DNA of 26,280 nucleotides from Plasmodiophora brassicae (Eukaryota): NCBI GenBank assembly GCA_036867785.1, contig CP145424.1, positions 868,001 to 894,280 of the forward strand, read 5' to 3'. Shown piece by piece: positions 18,438 to 26,280 of this stretch (position 1 is its first letter; each line of letters starts with the position of its first letter). The notes under the pieces were generated by a model. It saw only the letters and a program-made list of their open reading frames with translations, ran no database searches and was not told where the DNA came from. The position numbers and the translations under genes were made by a program.

Positions 18438-21400
18438 TCAGCAAAGCAGCCAGCGACGAACGATTCGCCTGCGTTTGACTGCTGCGCGGCTCTGCAGGGT
18501 AACGGCGCGTCGACTGCTCCTCGTTCGACGCGTAGGTCCATCGCCGTCGGCAGCAGCGTCGTCGTCAACGGCCTCGTCAGCCTGGTCGGCTCGGTTCCCC
18601 CGGCGCTGGCGAATGGCGGCGACGTACGCGCCCACCATATCGTCGACGATGCCGCGAAACCTCGACGACGTCGCCTCTGCCATCGGCCTTGGTCGTGAGT
18701 CCAGGATCACCAGCTCGAAGGCGTTGACGAAATAGGCATGTGCGTGCCTCGAGCTCAGGCCGATCTCGACGAGCGTGCGCCCCACAGCGCCGATCAGCGC
18801 GAGAGCGTGCTTGTAGGGGCGCCAATCGATGCGTGCAGCGCCGAACATCTCCAGTAAGTCGTCGACGACGAGGACATGCTCAGCGGGGTCACGAACGGCG
18901 TCGTTTCGACCGGCGCCGACATACGTCAGCACGCCGGGGCCCAGCGCGCGTGCGTGATACACGAGAATCAGGATTTTTTCCGCCGTCGACCAAGTCGACA
19001 GGTCGACGGGAGACGGCCACCTGTCCTTGACGCCCTTGACAGCGGCGTGCACCTGCGTCGACATTGTCCTGTGGCCCTTGGACAAATGCACGACCGCGTC
19101 GACGCCCGCTGCCTGGACTAGCAGGCCGTTGTGCGGGTCGGCCAGGAACGAGCCCCAGTCGATCTTGGTGCAGGCGCCCCGCGCGTCCGGCGACGAGTGC
19201 AGGACGCCCTGGATGAGGGCCAGCGCCTCCCATAGCCAGTGCCGCTTCTTGCTCCCCTGGTTTGCCGACGGGAGGGGTACGTCGCGCCAACTCTTGCACG
19301 CATCAAACAGCGTGACTGACCGTGGTGCCAGCGGCAACGTGCTCAGAGTCATCGGGTCAGACGACGCTGGCAGACGCACCACAGCCGATCGATCATGCAA
19401 TGGCGGGACAATCATGACGACGTGCGCCAATACGGCCAGAAAACGCGACGACGGCGCCCAGCGTCCATCGGGGCGAGCACGCATCGCTCGACGCTGAGCG
19501 ACGGTCTTGGTCGCAGACCCCATCAGATCGGACACATACTCATCGGTGATTTCGTCAGGAGGCGGGTCGACCAGGGCGACGAACGGATGGATGACGCGTC
19601 CCGACCAGCGGAGCAACAGCGTCACGTGGATGCCATCACGTCCCTGACGGTCCCTGGTTCTCTTGACGCGCTCCACCAACGCTTTCATCACGTTGTAATC
19701 GTCGTATCGTGATTCGGGTATGATGGACATCACGTCGCGCCACAGGGCCCGGTGTGGCAACCGTTCGACGCCCGGCGACATCCAATTCGTTGCGATCCAG
19801 TTGGAAAAACTAACGGTTGGCAGCGACGACAGCGACGGATCGAGCGTCGATCCACGCCTGCCCAGGCGGTACAGGGCGTCCAGCGACCGCATGAAACCCG
19901 CGAACAGGTAATCGTGCTCCTGGTCCAGGTCCGGTCGATCCAGAGCATGCCATACCCCGGGCGCCAAAATCTTCCTCTTCGCCAACTGATCGTACGTATA
20001 CGCAGCTTCAGTCTGCAGAAGGTTCAGAGCAATGGCGTCCGGCGTCAGCATTGAGCTCAGCCCTGATGAGATGACCAGGAACCACGACTGGACCAGGTAG
20101 TGGAGCGCATGCCGGTTTCCTCTGACGGAGATCCGCAGGACTGTCGACATCATGTCGACGTAGTCGAGGCTCTGAATGAAATTCATAAACTCGCCCTTGT
20201 TGATGACCAGGGCAAGCGGATCCATGTACGTGTCGTCGACGAAGAAGCGGCCAAACTGCAGAGACGAAGACACGTAGTCGAGAGGCGACCCGTTCGACAG
20301 CCACGGCCCGACATTGCTGTCCGGCGTGGCCCGGTGGTAGAACCGACCTGGGTTGATGGACGAGCCGTCAAAAACCGCATTGAAACAGTCTTCGAAGATC
20401 TGCAGCGCGTTCAGCGACCGCCGATCGATGTTGGACACGAAAGGAGACCGGCGACCGCGCTCCAGCCGGCGAAACATCGCGCGGTACATCTTGCGAGGGA
20501 ACACGACATACTGCTCTAGTTTCCGCCGGAGATGTGCCCAGACGGCTTCCGCGTCCAGCAGCAGGAACGTGGCATCGTCGTTGAACCCATCGGCCTCCTG
20601 CCACATGCTGTTGAAGCACGCATGGCGCATGGTCAGGTTAGCGACGTACTCAACGCGGTGCACGACAGGAACGCGTTCGGCGGCCATCTGGCGACAGAAT
20701 CGGATACGCTTCCGCATCGCGTCCCTCACCGGATTCAACGCCCGCTTTACGTCTTCCTTCTTGACCGGGCCGTACTTCCTAAGCGCGGCGGGCAACCCAG
20801 CGATCGACTTCCGGACCTTGCCCTTCTCGAACGTAGCGCGGACGGCCGCGTTCAGGGTACCGATGTGGGCAAAGCGGACGGGGTCCACCAGAACGCGCCC
20901 ACGATCCCGCGTGCGCTGCGACACGGTCGCGTTGTAGCACGAGCGCGCGGATGCCATAACGGAACTGCAACGTGACTTGCATCCACCGAACCCGGCGACC
21001 TCCCCGACCGGATAGTACGAGCTCTTGCGTGGCGCGATGCCACAGCCGACGTCCAGATCTCGCAGCGCTGAGTAGTCGCGGCAGACGGCAACGGCTGTGT
21101 TGTCGGGGAAGGGTTCGGCCGACACGTTGGACCCGATGTCGAAGCGCGCGCAGTCCATTAACGTTGACGGCCAGAACGTTCGCAAGTAGCGGCGCACCTC
21201 GAGAACGTCGGCGACACACGTCATTTTCATCAACGAGCGCACACCTAGCGCTTGCATCAGCACCATGATGGAGCCGTCAAGCTCATCCTCAAGAGCCTCC
21301 AGGACAGCGCGGGCGGACGAAGGTGGCATAACCACGGGGCGGCGGTGGGCCCCAAACTGGTTAAGGTAGTCGTTGATCTCGTCCGGCAGATCTGCTTGGC

Positions 21401-22448
21401 AGGCACTGAACGCAGCGGAAACCGCCCTGGAGCAGTGCTGCTTGAGGGAACGATGCGTCCAACGGGGTGCGGCAGCGATTAAGAAGATCGAGACATTTGC
21501 CATGGGATGGCAGTCAACCTGACCCAACAGGAATCGCGGCAACTGCGCCACTGACCGCGACGCCTTCTCGTCGTCTCGCTGCACACGCAGATCGTGTACC
21601 GAGCTTCCCGTATCCGACTGACGTGCACGGTAGTTCCCGTACCTCTGCATCATGTGCAGGAAGGCAAACGATTTGGCTTCGTGCACAGGAAAGTGCTGCA
21701 GCCAGGTCCCGATCGAAGTCGTGATTGCTTGCAAAGAGTCGACGTCAAACACCGGCCGCAATCGCGGGCGACCCCCGTGAGCGTCTGAGGCGCGACGCGC
21801 CTCATCCGCCAGATCGAAGCGGAACCGGCCGCAGAAGGCCTCTTTCCTGGGGGATCCGAAGACATCCCAGAAGCGTTCGCCGGCGAATTCGTCGAGGTGT
21901 ATGACCTCAAACGTGGACAGATCCATTGCTGGTGCACTAGCACAGGGCGGCGTCGACTGGCGGACGAGGTGGTCTACGGAGGGGTCGATGCGTTCGTCAT
22001 CGCTTCCGTCGACATTGCTGGGGTCAGGGACGTCGCCGTCATCCATCGAATACGAAGAGTCAGAATCAGTTTCGACGTCGTCCCCGATTGCGTCGCCTGG
22101 GTCAGGGTCATCGCACTCGGAGTCTCCCACCGGATCCTCGCAATCATCACCGACTTCGTCACGCTCAGCGGCTTCGTGTGCATCCCTGATACGCTCCAGG
22201 TATTCTATTGTGCGGTCGTCCTCGTCCCCGTGTTCGACTGGATCTTTGTGCCCGGTGCACTCCTGCTTAGGCTGGCCATGTCCGTCGCAGACCATTATCA
22301 TCGGGGCCGGCGCCCTTTCACAACTGACACGTACCGCTGACGACGGCAGTACTTCGAGCCAGAGCATCGGCGAGCTGTTCCGCAGGTGCATCAGGGGTAG
22401 CGCTATTGTAGACAGTACCGCCAAAGCTGCCACTCGTTTGACCGGCAA
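18438..22448 (-). CDS. Large hypothetical protein (about 1300 aa): acidic N-terminal region, globular core, Myb/telobox-like motif, basic C-terminal tail
   Basis: 4-kb stop-free frame with GC3 bias. The track start is TTG and the first ATG is at 22391. A possible in-frame 72-bp intron lies at 22334-22263 (gtacgt...taagcag). Confidence 0.8.
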   Translation of the reverse strand: MPVKRVAALAVLSTIALPLMHLRNSSPMLWLEVLPSSAVRVSCERAPAPMIMVCDGHGQPKQECTGHKDPVEHGDEDDRTIEYLERIRDAHEAAERDEVGDDCEDPVGDSECDDPDPGDAIGDDVETDSDSSYSMDDGDVPDPSNVDGSDDERIDPSVDHLVRQSTPPCASAPAMDLSTFEVIHLDEFAGERFWDVFGSPRKEAFCGRFRFDLADEARRASDAHGGRPRLRPVFDVDSLQAITTSIGTWLQHFPVHEAKSFAFLHMMQRYGNYRARQSDTGSSVHDLRVQRDDEKASRSVAQLPRFLLGQVDCHPMANVSIFLIAAAPRWTHRSLKQHCSRAVSAAFSACQADLPDEINDYLNQFGAHRRPVVMPPSSARAVLEALEDELDGSIMVLMQALGVRSLMKMTCVADVLEVRRYLRTFWPSTLMDCARFDIGSNVSAEPFPDNTAVAVCRDYSALRDLDVGCGIAPRKSSYYPVGEVAGFGGCKSRCSSVMASARSCYNATVSQRTRDRGRVLVDPVRFAHIGTLNAAVRATFEKGKVRKSIAGLPAALRKYGPVKKEDVKRALNPVRDAMRKRIRFCRQMAAERVPVVHRVEYVANLTMRHACFNSMWQEADGFNDDATFLLLDAEAVWAHLRRKLEQYVVFPRKMYRAMFRRLERGRRSPFVSNIDRRSLNALQIFEDCFNAVFDGSSINPGRFYHRATPDSNVGPWLSNGSPLDYVSSSLQFGRFFVDDTYMDPLALVINKGEFMNFIQSLDYVDMMSTVLRISVRGNRHALHYLVQSWFLVISSGLSSMLTPDAIALNLLQTEAAYTYDQLAKRKILAPGVWHALDRPDLDQEHDYLFAGFMRSLDALYRLGRRGSTLDPSLSSLPTVSFSNWIATNWMSPGVERLPHRALWRDVMSIIPESRYDDYNVMKALVERVKRTRDRQGRDGIHVTLLLRWSGRVIHPFVALVDPPPDEITDEYVSDLMGSATKTVAQRRAMRARPDGRWAPSSRFLAVLAHVVMIVPPLHDRSAVVRLPASSDPMTLSTLPLAPRSVTLFDACKSWRDVPLPSANQGSKKRHWLWEALALIQGVLHSSPDARGACTKIDWGSFLADPHNGLLVQAAGVDAVVHLSKGHRTMSTQVHAAVKGVKDRWPSPVDLSTWSTAEKILILVYHARALGPGVLTYVGAGRNDAVRDPAEHVLVVDDLLEMFGAARIDWRPYKHALALIGAVGRTLVEIGLSSRHAHAYFVNAFELVILDSRPRPMAEATSSRFRGIVDDMVGAYVAAIRQRRGNRADQADEAVDDDAAADGDGPTRRTRSSRRAVTLQSRAAVKRRRIVRRWLLC

Positions 22449-23750
22449 CGAGTCGTCGCCCCTTCCTAACCGCTACATTACAAGGGGTTGTTTGCGAGTT
22501 TGGGCCACCGTCAGCTGAGCACAACGGTACCGTTGGAAATAGCAGGAAAAATCAGAGGCAGCTGGGCTGTTTTATTTGGCATATGTGCCACCGATCTTCT
22601 CCTATCGCCGAGAATGTAGTGCCGCTTGGGCAGATTTGCTGATTTCACTAAGTCAGAACTGAACTCCGTGGGAGTGCGCAAAATGCCGCGTGTGGACTGT
22701 TTTGGCACTGCTTGCGAATCATGGATGGCATCGCCTGGCGTCTCGTTCTCTAGCAAACCTGCGCCCTGATGATCAACCATGGCTAGACCGCCCGCTTCAC
22801 CCCTTCCTCATTTCCAGTCAGGGTCTGGGCACGATGCGACGGCGCCGGCAGCACTTCGTTTAGCCGGCGTGCCTCATGGCGAAGGTCCCTGACAGGTGTC
22901 CCGCGTTTCCGTTTGTACAACCTCCACGTCTGGCGTGCGTGCGGGCGTCGTCATGCATTGCGTCGGTTTACGACGCTGTCCTTATTTACCCGCTCGGCAT
23001 TCGGCGTCCAGGTGTTCATGTCATCCGTGCCCAGTGACCCGCCTGCTCTGCTGATGATTAGGCCCTGAACCTGCACAACCGCACCCACCCGATCGGCCTC
23101 GTTTCCTAAGATGTACCTTCTTATGGCCGTGCCGGTTACCATACACTGTTACCCAGGCGACGCTGATTCAGCTTGTCCAGGCATGCGTGCTGTTCATCCT
23201 GTGATTTCTATGTTGCCTTTGCATCGTCAGTGCCCTCTGATCGCACTGGAGTTCCCGTGCAGCGACACAACGTTTGGGAGTTGGAGTCGACTAATCAGAT
23301 TGCGACATTTCTGAAACATGCATTGCTCGCAATAGGGGACAACGAATAGGAATGTCGAGCCAGGCCTGGACGGGAAAGTTCAGAAGCGATCCGGTGAGCA
23401 TGGCTGCATTGGCGTTCGCGTAGTACATGGACATATCGCCAGTGGCACGTCGCGCACATCATCGCATGCGCAGGCACCCACGAGTGAGGTCAGAGCAGAA
23501 AATCGACGTGCTCAGAATGCCGACGAATACCCCAACTCGATAACGCAGATCGTATCGCTACGTTTCGCGCTGGCCGGTGTAGGGGGCCTGAGACGGGATC
23601 GGTCAGTGAAGAACGATGAAACGTACCAGGTCACTCAACCGGGTAACTGTGCGGCGCGATATCTACCGAGAACGGCTCTTTTGACAATGTTCAGTTGGGG
23701 GCTGGATCTGATAGCATATCGCCTGGCCTATCAGTTCGTATGGTTGCGTA

Positions 23751-26077
23751 TCGATTCGAGACGCGGCTGTTGACAGTTGGTCGGCGGCGGTGACGGCGTC
23801 CGCTGAGAACTGCTGTGCATCTGCGTGCTGTTCGCCTTCGGGAAATTCCATATTGCTCTGAAACCAGGAGCATCGGACAGCATTTCCAACGCCCTTTCAG
23901 TACGTGTGCCGGTTGCCTGTCGATTCGAGACGCGGCTGTTGACAGTTGGTCGGCGGCGGTGACGGCGTCCGCTGAGAACTGCTGTGCATCTGCGTGCTGT
24001 TCGCCTTCGGAAAATTCCATATTGCTCTGAAACCAGGAGCATCGGACAGCATTTCCAACGCCCTTTCAGTACGTGTGCCGGTTGCCTGTCGATTCGAGAC
24101 GCGGCTGTTGACAGTTGGTCGGCGGCGGTGACGGCGTCCGCTGAGAACTGCTGTGCATCTGCGTGCTGTTCGCCTTCGGGAAATTCCATATTGCACTGAA
24201 ACCAGGAGCATCGGACAGCATTTCCAACGCCCTTTCAGTACGTGTGCCGGTTGCCTGTCGATTCGAGACGCGGCTGTTGACAGTTGGTCGGCGGCGGTGA
24301 CGGCGTCCGCTGAGAACTGCTGTGCATCTGCGTGCTGTTCGCCTTCGGGAAATTCCATATTGCTCTGAAACCAGGAGCATCGGACAGCATTTCCAACGCC
24401 CTTTCAGTACGTGTGCCGGTTGCCTGTCGATTCGAGACGCGGCTGTTGACAGTTGGTCGGCGGCGGTGACGGCGTCCGCTGAGAACTGCTGTGCATCTGC
24501 GTGCTGTTCGCCTTCGGGAAATTCCATATTGCTCTGAAACCAGGTGCACCTGATAGCATTTCTCCTGACCTTTCAGTACGTGTGCCGGTTGCCTGTCGAT
24601 TCGAGACGCGGCTGTTGACAGTTGGTCGGCGGCGGTGACGGCGTCCGCTGAGAACTGCTGTGCATCTGCGTGCTGTTCGCCTTCGGGAAATTCCATATTG
24701 CTCTGAAACCAGGTGCACCTGATAGCATTTCTCCTGACCTTTCCGTACGTGTGCCGGTTGCCTGTCGATTCGAGACGCGGCTGTTGACAGTTGGTCGGCG
24801 GCGGTGACGGCGTCCGCTGAGAACTGCTGTGCATCTGCGTGCTGTTCGCCTTCGGGAAATTCCATATTGCTCTGAAACCAGGAGCATCGGACAGCATTTC
24901 CAACGCCCTTTCAGTACGTGTGCCGGTCGCCTGTCGATTCGAGACGCGGCTGTTGACAGTTGGTCGGCGGCGGTGACGGCGTCCGCTGAGAACTGCTGTG
25001 CATCTGCGTGCTGTTCGCCTTCGGGAAATTCCATATTGCTCTGAAACCAGGAGCATCGGACAGCATTTCCAACGCCCTTTCAGTACGTGTGCCGGTCGCC
25101 TGTCGATTCGAGACGCGGCTGTTGACAGTTGGTCGGCGGCGGTGACGGCGTCCGCTGAGAACTGCTGTGCATCTGCGTGCTGTTCGCCTTCGGGAAATTC
25201 CATATTGCTCTGAAACCAGGAGCATCGGACAGCATTTCCAACGCCCTTTCAGTACGTGTGCCGGTTGACTGTCGATTCGAGACGCGGCTGTTGACAGTTG
25301 GTCGGCGGCGGTGACGGCGTCCGCTGAGAACTGCTGTGCATCTGCGTGCTGTTCGCCTTCGGGAAATTCCATATTGCTCTGAAACCAGGAGCATCGGACA
25401 GCATTTCCAACGCCCTTTCAGTACGTGTGCCGGTTGCCTGTCGATTCGAGACGCGGCTGTTGACAGTTGGTCGGCGGCGGTGACGGCGTCCGCTGAGAAC
25501 TGCTGTGCATCTGCGTGCTGTTCGCCTTCGGGAAATTCCATATTGCTCTGAAACCAGGAGCATCGGACAGCATTTCCAACGCCCTTTCAGTACGTGTGCC
25601 GGTCGCCTGTCGATTCGAGACGCGGCTGTTGACAGTTGGTCGGCGGCGGTGACGGCGTCCGCTGAGAACTGCTGTGCATCTGCGTGCTGTTCGCCTTCGG
25701 GAAATTCCATATTGCTCTGAAACCAGGAGCATCGGACAGCATTTCCAACGCCCTTTCAGTACGTGTGCCGGTTGACTGTCGATTCGAGACGCGGCTGTTG
25801 ACAGTTGGTCGGCGGCGGTGACGGCGTCCGCTGAGAACTGCTGTGCATCTGCGTGCTGTTCGCCTTCGGGAAATTCCATATTGCTCTGAAACCAGGAGCA
25901 TCGGACAGCATTTCCAACGCCCTTTCAGTACGTGTGCCGGTTGCCTGTCGATTCGAGACGCGGCTGTTGACAGTTGGTCGGCGGCGGTGACGGCGTCCGC
26001 TGAGAACTGCTGTGCATCTGCGTGCTGTTCGCCTTCGGGAAATTCCATATTGCTCTGAAACCAGGAGCATCGGACAG
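23751..26077. repeat. Subtelomeric tandem satellite, 169-bp unit, about 13.8 copies
   Basis: TCGATTCGAGACGCGG recurs at 23751, 23920, 24089 and onward every 169 bp. A degenerate partial unit lies at about 23700-23750. Confidence 0.97.
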
Positions 26078-26278
26078 GGCTTAGGGTTTTTTTAGGGTTT
26101 TTAGGGTTTTAGGGTTTTAGGGTTTTTTAGGGTTTTAGGGCTTAGGGTTTTTATTAGGGCTTAGGGTTTTAGGGTTTTAGGGTTTTAGGGTTTTTAGGGT
26201 TTTAGGGTTTTAGGGTTTTAGGGTTTTAGGGTTTTAGGGTTTTAGGGTTTTAGGGTTTTAGGGTTTTAGGGTTTTAGG
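26078..26278 (+). repeat. Telomeric array (TTTTAGGG)n, chromosome end
   Basis: G-rich strand runs 5'->3' toward the window end. Variant units occur proximally and homogeneous units distally. Confidence 0.98.
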
Positions 26279-26280
26279 CC

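Noticed and set aside
23663-26070. Repeated 153-aa, 322-aa and 71-aa ORFs (MEFPEGEQHADAQQ...)
   Set aside because: Artefacts of a 169-bp (3n+1) tandem unit cycling through frames. No domain, and no sign of frame preservation.
23751-26077. CRISPR-like array
   Set aside because: Whole units are repeated with no unique spacers, no cas genes are present, and the context is a eukaryotic subtelomere.
26279-26280. Terminal CC after the telomere repeats
   Set aside because: Most likely a contig-end or adapter artefact.

Overview
GC-rich eukaryotic chromosome end: the right arm terminates in a (TTTTAGGG)n telomere. The telomere motif, short GT-AG introns, a CAAX-type Rac GTPase and a secreted hevein/CBM18 protein are consistent with a plasmodiophorid such as Plasmodiophora brassicae (inference, not proven). 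From left to right: the 3' end of an unknown gene; a two-exon Rac-like GTPase; a signal-peptide candidate effector; a secreted chitin-binding mucin-like protein with (TTYSAPP)8; and a Crypton-type tyrosine-recombinase (YR) gene split by an intact, very young 5336-bp chromodomain Ty3/Gypsy element (197-bp LTRs with 1 mismatch, ATGCC target-site duplication). Removing the Gypsy element restores one in-frame YR ORF. Next come a compact USP (C19) protease exon and a 1336-codon ORF of unknown function with a telobox/Myb-like motif, then about 13.8 copies of a 169-bp subtelomeric satellite with higher-order structure, and the telomere. The most interesting hypothesis is that the three co-oriented minus-strand genes (large ORF, USP, YR) form a cargo-carrying, possibly telomere-associated, YR mobile element.
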